NCBI GenBank assembly: GCA_944363835.1
Contig: CALVVJ010000002.1
Coordinates: 1 to 50,801, forward strand
Length of the DNA: 50,801 nucleotides
Origin: an uncultured Bacilli bacterium
GTDB lineage: Bacteria > Bacillota_I > Bacilli_A > RF39 > UBA660
Reading direction: 5' to 3'
Shown: positions 28,552-37,947 of the stretch, piece by piece
Position numbering within the stretch: position 1 is the first letter of the stretch
How the letters are laid out: each line of letters starts with the position of its first letter
The notes under the pieces: model-generated
Told to the model about the DNA's origin: nothing
Seen by the model: the letters and a program-made list of their open reading frames with translations, nothing else
Database searches by the model: none
Made by a program: the position numbers and the translations under genes

Positions 28552-30204
28552 ATGGAAAATGAAACACCAAACATTACACCAGAAAACACAACTAATACTG
28601 AAAAAAGCAATAAAAAAAAGAAAATTATTATCATCATACTCATCGCTGTCGTTTTAATAATTGCAGCCATACTAGCCTTTTACTTTTTTGTAATTAAGGA
28701 TGATGACAAAAAGCCAGAAAAACCAGAGACTAATAAAGAAGTAGAAGTTATTAATGCCAACTCACCTTATGAAATAACAAGCAACGACTTAGAAGATTTT
28801 GACTTATATTTTTTGCAATTAGAAAATAAAAAAGTTAATAAAATCTATAGTCCGCTTTCAATAAAATATGCTTTAGAAATGCTAGCAGAAGGAGCCAATG
28901 GTAAAACAAAAGAACAAATAACTAATATTTTAGGCAAATACGAAAGCAAAAAATATATTAATAGCAACAATATGTCATTTGCTAATGCTTTATTTATTAA
29001 AAACTCTTATAAAAATTCAATAAAAGCATCTTATACAAACACTTTAAAAAATACTTATAATGCTGAAATACTTTATGACAATTTTGAAAACACCGACGCT
29101 TTAAATGCTTGGATAAACAAAAAAACATTTGGCCTAATTAATAATCTGTTTAATGATATATCTGACTTTGATTTTATCCTAGTTAATTCTTTAGCAATTG
29201 ATATGGAATGGATAAATAAAATCCAAAACCAATACGAAGATTACTTAGTAAAATTTCCTCATGAAAAGAAACTACACCATTATGAAAATGAAACATACGA
29301 ATCATCTTATACTTTCTACATCGAAGCTTTAAATTCTAGCCGTTATCATAAACTAGATTTTGAAAATCTCAACTGCCAAGTAAAATCGGTTGAAATCGGT
29401 GCTGTTGCTAATAAATATGATATTGTAAATATCTTAGGTAAAAATAACATCAAACAAACCGTAGCGAATGCTTATGAAAAATACATAAGTGAAAATCCAG
29501 ACTATCCTTATGATGTTTATGGTGAATCTACTAGTGATTTTGACTCTTGGTTTGAATTATATCTAAAAAGATTAGATAGCAATTACGGTCATATAAGTTC
29601 ATCAACTGATTTTCAATTTTACACTGATGAAAATACTAAAGTATTTGCTAAAGATTTAAAAGAGTATAACGGAACAACTTTACAATATATAGGTATAATG
29701 CCTACAAACATGGATTTAGAAAATTATATCGCTGAATTAGATGCTGACAAAGTAAATAATTTAATTAATAGTTTAAAAACAATCGAACTAAATAGTTTTA
29801 AAGATAATGTAATCACAGAAATAACTGGCTACATTCCCATGTTTCAATTTGAATATGAATTAGATATAGTTAACGATTTAAAAAAATTAGGAATTACTAG
29901 TGTTTTTGATAATACTGCTGATTTATCAAATATAACCGAAGATGATACCTATATTGCTGATGCCAAACACAAAACTAATATAGAATTTTCTAACGATGGT
30001 ATAAAAGCTGCATCCGCTTTAGGTACCGGTGGTACTGGAGAAGCAATCAGTGGATTTGATTATTTATTTGATGTACCTATAGAACAAATTGACTTAACAT
30101 TCAATAAACCTTATCTTTTCATAATTAGAGATAAAGATACCGGAGAAGTATGGTTTACTGGAACAGTATATGAACCATCAAAATATACTGAACAACAATA
30201 TTGA
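28552..30204 (+). CDS. membrane-anchored serpin-family protein
   Basis: N-terminal KKKK plus a TM anchor. Serpin N-terminal block IYSPLSIKYALEMLAEGANGKTKEQI, hinge-like DGIKAASALGTGG, and C-terminal block FNKPYLFIIRDKDTGEVWFTGTVYEP. Confidence 0.85.
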   Translation: MENETPNITPENTTNTEKSNKKKKIIIIILIAVVLIIAAILAFYFFVIKDDDKKPEKPETNKEVEVINANSPYEITSNDLEDFDLYFLQLENKKVNKIYSPLSIKYALEMLAEGANGKTKEQITNILGKYESKKYINSNNMSFANALFIKNSYKNSIKASYTNTLKNTYNAEILYDNFENTDALNAWINKKTFGLINNLFNDISDFDFILVNSLAIDMEWINKIQNQYEDYLVKFPHEKKLHHYENETYESSYTFYIEALNSSRYHKLDFENLNCQVKSVEIGAVANKYDIVNILGKNNIKQTVANAYEKYISENPDYPYDVYGESTSDFDSWFELYLKRLDSNYGHISSSTDFQFYTDENTKVFAKDLKEYNGTTLQYIGIMPTNMDLENYIAELDADKVNNLINSLKTIELNSFKDNVITEITGYIPMFQFEYELDIVNDLKKLGITSVFDNTADLSNITEDDTYIADAKHKTNIEFSNDGIKAASALGTGGTGEAISGFDYLFDVPIEQIDLTFNKPYLFIIRDKDTGEVWFTGTVYEPSKYTEQQY

Positions 30205-30223
30205 TTTGACCAATATTGTTGTT
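30191..30223 (+). terminator. terminator hairpin overlapping the serpin stop codon
   Basis: AACAACAATATTG-7nt-CAATATTGTTGTT, running into TT. Confidence 0.65.
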
Positions 30224-30255
30224 TTAAATATGATATAATATTAACAGGTGATAGT

Positions 30256-31050
30256 ATGAACATTTATCAATGTCTTAATGACATAACCAAATATATCGAT
30301 GAACACTTAGAAGAAAAAATCGATTATGAAAAATTAGCTAAATTTATGGGGGTCAATTCTTATACAATGCAAAGGGTTTTCACTATGCTTTGTAATATTC
30401 CTATCGGAGAATATATAAGAAAAAGAAGACTATCGAACGCTGGTGTAGATTTATATGAAAATAATACTAAAGTTATCGATATTGCTCTAAAATACAATTA
30501 TGATAATGCTACATCATTCTCTAGAGCATTTGAAAATTTTCATGGTATTAAACCCAGTCAAGTTACCAAAGAAACCAAATTAAAAATTTTTCCTCGCATC
30601 ACTTTTGCAGAAAATATCCAAAACTATAAAGAAATAACTTATGAAATAATTGAACTACCAGAAATGCATCTATTTGGCATATCTACTCCTAGTAGCAAAG
30701 AAACTATTGAAAAAGATGCCCCAACCTTTTTCAAACAAACATATCAAAAATACAAAAAAATCTACGGTGATATCGATTTTGGCATGATTTCTTATGATAA
30801 AGATAGAGAAAATGTTCAAAAATACTATTGTCTTTACAAAAAATATATACCTAATTTTGAAAAAATTACAATTTCTTCTAGTAAATGGCTAAAATTTCGC
30901 ATAAATTCTCAAGAAGCTCCAGATATAAGAAAAGCATCTCAAGATTTTTATACCAAAATTTTCCCAACATCACCATATAATCTGCGAGAATTACCCGAAC
31001 TAGAACACTATCATGACAATATTACTGATTTTCTTATAGCAATTTATTAG
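30256..31050 (+). CDS. AraC-family regulator with a GyrI-like effector-binding domain
   Basis: HTH_18-like N-terminus (YNYDNATSFSRAFENFHGIKPSQ). About 150 C-terminal aa are typical of GyrI-like/SOUL-type fusions. Confidence 0.8.
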   Translation: MNIYQCLNDITKYIDEHLEEKIDYEKLAKFMGVNSYTMQRVFTMLCNIPIGEYIRKRRLSNAGVDLYENNTKVIDIALKYNYDNATSFSRAFENFHGIKPSQVTKETKLKIFPRITFAENIQNYKEITYEIIELPEMHLFGISTPSSKETIEKDAPTFFKQTYQKYKKIYGDIDFGMISYDKDRENVQKYYCLYKKYIPNFEKITISSSKWLKFRINSQEAPDIRKASQDFYTKIFPTSPYNLRELPELEHYHDNITDFLIAIY

Positions 31051-31086
31051 ACTGACAAAATTGATTTATAAATTGTCAGTTTTTTT
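31051..31086 (+). terminator. rho-independent terminator
   Basis: ACTGACAA-14nt-TTGTCAGT followed by TTTTTTATTTTT. Confidence 0.7.
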
Positions 31087-31132
31087 ATTTTTCCCTCTGT
31101 TATAATTTATCTATAAAAAGGGGGAATAAAAA

Positions 31133-32959
31133 ATGTATACTTATGAAATTTATTTAACAAAAAAATATATACCTAAAAAAGAATGGTTACAATTTATTCA
31201 AACAATTTCCAACTATGCTGGAATTCTTAAAGCGTCACAAATAATAGTAGTTAATAACCAAAATAAATTACAATATTTTCTTAAAATAAATAGACAATTA
31301 CCACCTACTATTAATGGGCTAGATTCATTTTTATTAAAATCCACTACTACTTTAACAGAACCTAAAAAAAGTCTAACATGTCCCATAATTCACTCGATTG
31401 ATAGTAATATTATCGACTTAATCAATTATAATGAAATTAAAAACAAAGGTAATTTAATATTTTTAAACATCACATTTTTAAAACTTTATAAAGATAAAAT
31501 ATTATCTCGTACTAACTATTATGTTAATAAAAATAACCAAATAAAAAAATATCATATAATATTAGGAATACCCGCTAATTTATTAGAAATAAATTTTGAA
31601 AATAACAAAAGATACTTTTACAAATCTATTCCTAAATATTTAGATATAAATAAATTACTACCTTACTTAAGTCCTGATGAGACCAATGCTTTGTTAAAGG
31701 TTAGCACATTTCCTTACTTACCGAATGATCAATACTTAAAAATTACTAACTTTAGTTTTGCCAAACACTCATTAATCATTGGAGCATCTGGATCAGGAAA
31801 ATCAAAATTTATAAGTAAATTAATTTACAATATTACACAAACTAATCCCACCAAAAAAAATTATCGTGTAGTTTTAATTGACCCACATGCCAATTTAGAA
31901 AACGATATCGGAGGTTTAGGACAAGTAATTGATTTTGTTAGCAAATCAATTAATCTTTTTGTTGAAAAATCTACTAACACTTTAGCACAAACTGAACTTT
32001 TACTTGACTTATTTAAAAACCTTATCGCTGATCAATACAACTCTAAATTAGAAAGAGTATTAAGATACTCTATTAACACACTACTCATTTACCAAAACTT
32101 TAATTTTACTAATCTAAAAAAGTTAATTCTCGATATCGATTTTCGTAATCACCTACTTAACACCTTAAAAGACAAACTACCTACCAGTATCATCAACTTC
32201 TTCCTAGCGGACTTTAATGAATTAAAAACCAAATCATATACCGAAGCCATTTCCCCAATAATTAGTTTTATCGATGAATTAGAAATGCTACCAGCATTAA
32301 ATGAAAACACTAGTAACATATCACTGGAAAATACATTGTCTCAAAATTATTTAACTATATTTTCCTTAGATCAAACTAAATTAGAAACTAAAATAACTAA
32401 AACAATTACAAGCCTAATAATGAATCAGATGCTAACACTAATTAGAACCAAAAGTGTTGTTGAGCCTATAATATTCATCATCGATGAAGTAGCAATTATC
32501 GAAAATCCCATTCTTACTCGATTCTTATCTGAAGCACGTAAATATAACCTATCATTAATTTTAGTTAGTCAATATTTTGATCAATTGTCACCTAATTTAA
32601 AAAATGCTATATTTGCAAACACAAGTAACTACTACATATTTAGAACATCAAAGTTAGATGCTACAACTCTTGTAGACAACTTAAATATCAAAATACCTTT
32701 AAATAATACCAGAGAAAATAAAATAGAACTATTAAGCAACTTAAACAATCGTGAATGTATTGTTCGTATTGAAAAAAACGGTAATTTACTTTCTGCTTTT
32801 AAAGCTACAACCTTAAATTATCAAGGCATTCCATACATTAAAAAGAAAAAAACTTTTTCCCAAACAAAAAATAGTTTTTTTAAAGAAAAATCAATTAATT
32901 TCAGCATAAAAACCAACACAACCCCCAAAGATTTAATAATTCCCAATGAAAGCGAGTGA
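31133..32959 (+). CDS. HerA/FtsK-superfamily P-loop ATPase (DUF87-like) with an unassigned ~200-aa N-terminal region
   Basis: Walker A GASGSGKSKF, a HerA-like DPHANLE block, Walker B IIFIIDEVA, then ARKYNLSLILVSQ and NYYIFRTS. TATAAT at 31101-31106 and a GGGGGA RBS. Confidence 0.7.
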   Translation: MYTYEIYLTKKYIPKKEWLQFIQTISNYAGILKASQIIVVNNQNKLQYFLKINRQLPPTINGLDSFLLKSTTTLTEPKKSLTCPIIHSIDSNIIDLINYNEIKNKGNLIFLNITFLKLYKDKILSRTNYYVNKNNQIKKYHIILGIPANLLEINFENNKRYFYKSIPKYLDINKLLPYLSPDETNALLKVSTFPYLPNDQYLKITNFSFAKHSLIIGASGSGKSKFISKLIYNITQTNPTKKNYRVVLIDPHANLENDIGGLGQVIDFVSKSINLFVEKSTNTLAQTELLLDLFKNLIADQYNSKLERVLRYSINTLLIYQNFNFTNLKKLILDIDFRNHLLNTLKDKLPTSIINFFLADFNELKTKSYTEAISPIISFIDELEMLPALNENTSNISLENTLSQNYLTIFSLDQTKLETKITKTITSLIMNQMLTLIRTKSVVEPIIFIIDEVAIIENPILTRFLSEARKYNLSLILVSQYFDQLSPNLKNAIFANTSNYYIFRTSKLDATTLVDNLNIKIPLNNTRENKIELLSNLNNRECIVRIEKNGNLLSAFKATTLNYQGIPYIKKKKTFSQTKNSFFKEKSINFSIKTNTTPKDLIIPNESE

Positions 32960-32964
32960 TAATT

Positions 32965-33663
32965 ATGAATGAAAACTTAGCTTTAGAAATAGCAAACAAA
33001 ATATTTAACAATGTATTTTCTCAAGATAATCCCTATACATTACAAGAATTATTAGAAAAATTAGCCTTCGATATAAAATTACCCAAGTTAGTTTACGATT
33101 CCACAACTAATGAAGCAACTTGGAGTAATTCAAGTAACAGTCTTAAATTTATAACTAACACCAACATGATAAAAAAAGAGACAACTATAGGTTGGATGCA
33201 ACATCCAAAAAAATTAACCAATTTAGATGAAATAATAACCAGCTGGAATAACATTAATTTCACTACTACAGAACGCATATATGATTCATTAAATGTTCTA
33301 AAAAGCGATACAGTATATTCTTCCGAAAACGTTTATAATTCTAATGACTCAAGAGAATGTAAGAATATTATTTATTGTAATTCTTGTGGCAACTGCGAAT
33401 ATACTTTAGCCTGTCAAAGATCTACTAATTGTACCTTTTGTATTCGAACAGATGACTCTCAAAACTGCAGCAATTCTTACAACATTATTTGCTCTAACAA
33501 AATAATAAACTCATTATTTATCCAAGATTGCTCTGATTTATATGAATGTATGTTTTGTGCACATATTTCCTCTAAAAAATATTGTATTGCTAACATGCAA
33601 CTTTCAAAAGAAGAATATTACAAAATAAAAAAAGAAATAATTACTTGGATTTTATCATTCTAA
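32965..33663 (+). CDS. Cys-rich protein of unknown function
   Basis: The start lies 6 nt after the ATPase stop (an alternative GTG at 32956 overlaps it). All 13 Cys fall within residues about 135-210 of the ORF-track protein, in short C-x2-C / C-x-N style repeats. Confidence 0.6.
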   Translation: MNENLALEIANKIFNNVFSQDNPYTLQELLEKLAFDIKLPKLVYDSTTNEATWSNSSNSLKFITNTNMIKKETTIGWMQHPKKLTNLDEIITSWNNINFTTTERIYDSLNVLKSDTVYSSENVYNSNDSRECKNIIYCNSCGNCEYTLACQRSTNCTFCIRTDDSQNCSNSYNIICSNKIINSLFIQDCSDLYECMFCAHISSKKYCIANMQLSKEEYYKIKKEIITWILSF

Positions 33664-33814
33664 AAAAGCACTTACAAAAATTTAAAAAATATGCTATAAT
33701 GAACAACGCAACACAAAGTTAAGGTATTAATTGGAAACGAACATTATGAAAATAATGACTAACGAACAACACTAACAATGTCGTTCTATTTATTTTTAGA
33801 AAGGAGTTTTAATT

Positions 33815-34288
33815 ATGCCAAAAACTAAATTTCAAGATTTCATTTATACTATAATTATGGTAATTATTATGGTATATGGTATGGTTTGTTACAATATTTC
33901 TATTAACATTGGAGAACTAAATAATCACGTATTTTTAGAGGCCTTAAAAGAATTACCAATAATGGGAGTAATTGCCTTTATTTTAGAATTCTTTATCGTT
34001 GGCCACTTAGCTAAATATCTAGCTTTCAAAATAGTTGATCCTAAATGTGATAAACCAATTATGATTACATTAGCCATATCTGCTATCATAGTATGCATTA
34101 TGTGTCCCGTTATGAGTTTCATCGGTAGTACTCTTTTTGGGTTTACTAGTATGACAAATATTATTGCCAAGTGGCTTCAAACTTGGGTTTTAAACTTTCC
34201 AATAGCTCTATGTTTTCAAATATTTTATGCTGGTCCATTAGTACGCTTAATTTTTAGATGTATTTTTAAAAAACAATTAAAAGACTAA
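33815..34288 (+). CDS. polytopic membrane protein (DUF2798-like)
   Basis: Four hydrophobic helices and an AGGAG RBS. The family assignment is tentative. Confidence 0.55.
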   Translation: MPKTKFQDFIYTIIMVIIMVYGMVCYNISINIGELNNHVFLEALKELPIMGVIAFILEFFIVGHLAKYLAFKIVDPKCDKPIMITLAISAIIVCIMCPVMSFIGSTLFGFTSMTNIIAKWLQTWVLNFPIALCFQIFYAGPLVRLIFRCIFKKQLKD

Positions 34289-34317
34289 AAAATACTTTTC
34301 GTTTTGAAAAGTATTTT

Positions 34318-34797
34318 TTATAAAATTTTTAACATTTCTATACTTCTATCAAAATAACCTAAACTTTTATATATCATATAAGCATTAGTGTTATATGCAA
34401 AAACATCAATTAATATTCCCTTACATCCCACACTCTTAAAATAATCTTCCATAGTTTGCATCAACAATTTGCCAACACCCCTACCTCGGTATTCTTTACT
34501 AACAACCAGCTCTGTAATTCTTCCTCTTTTTGGAGCTTTAAAATCATATGTCTTTTCTTCAGCATTATTAATTAAACCAATTATTAACCCCTTCACATTA
34601 CCACTTTCTACAACCAAAAATATCTTTCCTTCATACTTTTCCACATCAGCAATTGTTCTGGCAAAATATTTTTCTCGATATTCATCAGTTAATATATTAT
34701 ATCCCTCACAATCAATATCAACTATGTATTCTTGCAATTCTACCAACAAGTCTTTGACATTTTCCTTATACTTTTCATCATATTCTATAATTTTCAT
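34318..34797 (-). CDS. GNAT-family N-acetyltransferase
   Basis: Acetyl-CoA motif YRGRGVGKLLM, at a size typical of the family. Confidence 0.85.
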   Translation of the reverse strand: MKIIEYDEKYKENVKDLLVELQEYIVDIDCEGYNILTDEYREKYFARTIADVEKYEGKIFLVVESGNVKGLIIGLINNAEEKTYDFKAPKRGRITELVVSKEYRGRGVGKLLMQTMEDYFKSVGCKGILIDVFAYNTNAYMIYKSLGYFDRSIEMLKIL

Positions 34798-34938
34798 CTC
34801 TTACCTCCATCATTAACATATCTCCCTTTATTATATCAGATTCCAAATTCCGACAAAAGGCCTATTTCTTCGACAAAACATGTCAAAATCTCCTATTCCC
34901 ATATCTTTTAATATGTGCTAGTATACATTCCCAAGGAG

Positions 34939-36156
34939 ATGATTAATTTGAAAAAGTTAAAATATTTGTTAATACTTTTACTCTTAATACCTATTGGAGT
35001 AAAAGCAAGCGATACTTATTATATCGCTATGGAAAAAGATGGAGAAGTAGAATATTATCCCTATGAAATAACCAAAGTAAATCATGCCACATACTTTGCC
35101 ATTAGCCCTTTTGAAAATTATGAAATGAAAGATAAGAATTACATCAATAATTTGGCATATGCTAGTTCTTTTAATTCTACAATCGAATATGATGCCGCCA
35201 TTCAAATTTTCATTTGGCAAAACATTCATCCCGACTATAATTTTTATTTAGTTGATGAAAATTATGAGATTTACGATAATAGTGATTATATTAATAGAAT
35301 AACCAACTTATTAAGTAACCTTGATGGAGAAGTTCCTTTTAAAGATGCTACATTTAAACTAAAACCAGGTGAAGAGTTAAAGTTAAGCTCTCCCATTAAC
35401 TTAAACACTTATAATATAAATGCTGATATTCTATTAGATAATTATACAATAAGTCTACAATACGAAGATTTAGGAACATATGTTATTAATTTTACTAATA
35501 AAGATTTTCAATATTATAACGGATTAATAAATGGTACACAATTTAATTATGATCCATTTAAAATAACTATCCAAGTTGATAATTTTATCGATGTTAAAAT
35601 TAATACTTACCTTAATAATGAATTAACTTCCAATAATGTTTTAGTTTGTGACATATTTGAAAATTGTCAAAACGTAACCGAAGACACCATCCGCGTTAAA
35701 ATAGGACAATACAAATTTATTGACCAAATAACCCAAGAAGAAGTTATCTTAAACGTTAATAACAACAACAATTCGGTTACATTCAATCATTATCAAATAT
35801 TTGGTATAAAAACAACTATGCCAATTGATAAAATATGTCAAGATTCCACATGTTATCCCTTTTCGCATCAAAATGATATATACGTTTTTGATAAACCAAT
35901 AACCAATGGTTACTATGAAATATACACTAAAGGGCAAAAAGTAACATACAACTTAAACCTTCTAGAAAATTATAGTAAAGATGATAAATATGGTTTACTT
36001 TATAATATTTCTTATGAAGAAGAAATACATGAAGATATTAAAGATAATAACGATGATATTCCAGAAGAAACTATCTCCGTAAACATACCAGATACCGGTA
36101 TAGTTATCACACAAATTGACAAATATGATATCCCAAAAAGAAGATTATATTTTTAA
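34939..36156 (+). CDS. secreted protein of unknown function
   Basis: Signal peptide KKLKYLLILLLLIPIGVKA. AAGGAG sits immediately before the ATG at 34939, so the in-frame TTG at 34948 (9-nt spacing) may be the true start. Confidence 0.6.
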   Translation: MINLKKLKYLLILLLLIPIGVKASDTYYIAMEKDGEVEYYPYEITKVNHATYFAISPFENYEMKDKNYINNLAYASSFNSTIEYDAAIQIFIWQNIHPDYNFYLVDENYEIYDNSDYINRITNLLSNLDGEVPFKDATFKLKPGEELKLSSPINLNTYNINADILLDNYTISLQYEDLGTYVINFTNKDFQYYNGLINGTQFNYDPFKITIQVDNFIDVKINTYLNNELTSNNVLVCDIFENCQNVTEDTIRVKIGQYKFIDQITQEEVILNVNNNNNSVTFNHYQIFGIKTTMPIDKICQDSTCYPFSHQNDIYVFDKPITNGYYEIYTKGQKVTYNLNLLENYSKDDKYGLLYNISYEEEIHEDIKDNNDDIPEETISVNIPDTGIVITQIDKYDIPKRRLYF

Positions 36157-37139
36157 TCTTCTTTTTCATACATTTGCCAAAGTTTTTCTTTTATCGCATC
36201 TTTAGCAAAGATAAAGGGAATAGAATTTTTATTACATTTTATTAAATCATTTTCATTCAAATTAGTCCTATTTAAAATATTAATGTACTCTTTATTTATA
36301 TTTATATTTGAAACAGTATCATTGTCCGTACTAATATTTATTTTTATACCATTTTTATATAATGCTTCAATTGGATGTTTACCTTTAATAGCTTCTGTTT
36401 GATAATTGCTAGTTACACATACCTCTAATAAAACATCTCCATCTATCAATTTTTGTTGCAAAGATTTATCTTCTATTATTTTTACTCCATGACCTATTCT
36501 TTTTGTTCCCATATCGAGCGCTGCTTTAATACTTTCTACACCAGCTGCTTCTCCAGCATGAATCGTAAATGGTATCCCTAAACTTTTAGCATATCTAAAT
36601 AAAGAAGTGTAATCTTTTGTTGGATATAAAGCCTCCGCACCCGCTAAATCTAGGGCAACAACACCTTTACCTAAATATTTCTTAGCAATCTTAATAACAT
36701 TCAAATTGTCTTTGTCGCTATCTCCTCTCATTAAAGATAAAATTATTCCACCCATAATACTTGTTTCTACACTTGCTCTATTCATTCCATTTATTACTGA
36801 AATTACAGCATCATCCAAATTTAAACCTTTTTCTAAATGTTTATTCGGAGCAAATCTTACTTCAGCATAAACAACATTCATTTTAGCCAACTTTTTAAAA
36901 AGATGATAAGAAGTTTCTTCTAATCTAGCACAAGTTTGCAATAATTTACAAGCCAAATTAAACTTTTCTAAATAATCATTTAAACTATGACATTGACCAT
37001 CAACTTGCATCTTCTTAAGCATTTCTTTTTTCGTAAGATCTATACCATCTTCTTTAACCCACTTATAAGCATCATCTACATCAATTGACCCATCTAAATG
37101 CAAATGCAACACAATCTTTGGTATTTCATTTACTGTCAT
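36153..37139 (-). CDS. add: adenosine deaminase
   Basis: LHLHLDGS, FTIHAGE and ISTDND metal and catalytic motifs. The ATG at 37139 follows AGGTGA. Confidence 0.9.
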   Translation of the reverse strand: MTVNEIPKIVLHLHLDGSIDVDDAYKWVKEDGIDLTKKEMLKKMQVDGQCHSLNDYLEKFNLACKLLQTCARLEETSYHLFKKLAKMNVVYAEVRFAPNKHLEKGLNLDDAVISVINGMNRASVETSIMGGIILSLMRGDSDKDNLNVIKIAKKYLGKGVVALDLAGAEALYPTKDYTSLFRYAKSLGIPFTIHAGEAAGVESIKAALDMGTKRIGHGVKIIEDKSLQQKLIDGDVLLEVCVTSNYQTEAIKGKHPIEALYKNGIKINISTDNDTVSNININKEYINILNRTNLNENDLIKCNKNSIPFIFAKDAIKEKLWQMYEKED

Positions 37140-37205
37140 AACAATCACCTATTATATTAATAATACCACAATAGAAGTACAAAATAAAACTGTCTTTTTT
37201 TTAAT

Positions 37206-37877
37206 TTAGACAGTTTCTTTACTTTCATGTTTATCCTTTACTCGTGAAATAATTAAAGCAGTAACTCCTAAAACAACAACTAAACCTATACCAAGTGCCA
37301 CGATTATAAGTTCTTTATTATCTTCTGGTTCATAATTATCAAATTGTACAGAATCGATAATATCTTGCATCATTTTTCTTTCGTCATCATTAAATTCTTC
37401 TAATTTTTGTATACTTAAAATATAATATTGATTATCGATAATAGTAAAATAATCTATTACATAATAATCTGATTCAAAATATTCTATTCTTACATATTTA
37501 TAATCATTATCATATATTTCGTAAGAATCTGCCCCATAAGTATCCATTATACTTGTTGCGAATTCTTCTAATTCAAAATCATAATAATCTGGAAGACTTC
37601 CTACATCTTCAGTTACTGACTTATAGATAAAAAAATCATAATCCTCAGTAAAAGCATCAACATACAAATCATATTCTAAAAAATAATCTTGCATTTCTTC
37701 TACTGAAATTTCTAAATCTTCTAAATCTGAATTTCCCTCCAAATTATCTCTAGTAAAAACATACCACTCATCAGCTAAATCGAAAGATAAATCTGCACTT
37801 GGTACCTCAAACTTTGCAGCATGAACCATCAAAGGCATACCAAACATAACCAATAAACATAACACAACTTTTTTCAT
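37206..37877 (-). CDS. acidic extracytoplasmic protein with a signal peptide and a C-terminal TM anchor
   Basis: MKKVVLCLLVMFGMPLMVHA at the N-terminus and LIIVALGIGLVVVLGVTALII near the C-terminus. Confidence 0.6.
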   Translation of the reverse strand: MKKVVLCLLVMFGMPLMVHAAKFEVPSADLSFDLADEWYVFTRDNLEGNSDLEDLEISVEEMQDYFLEYDLYVDAFTEDYDFFIYKSVTEDVGSLPDYYDFELEEFATSIMDTYGADSYEIYDNDYKYVRIEYFESDYYVIDYFTIIDNQYYILSIQKLEEFNDDERKMMQDIIDSVQFDNYEPEDNKELIIVALGIGLVVVLGVTALIISRVKDKHESKETV

Positions 37878-37947
37878 AAACCACTCTCCATATCAATCAT
37901 TATATCCTAATTACCAATATTTATCTACTATTATTTACAATTTATAA

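Noticed and set aside
36073-36156. LPXTG-like IPDTG near the C-terminus of the secreted protein 34939..36156
   Set aside because: The segment after the motif (IVITQIDKYDIPKRRLYF) is too short and too polar to be the hydrophobic span plus basic tail of a sortase sorting signal.
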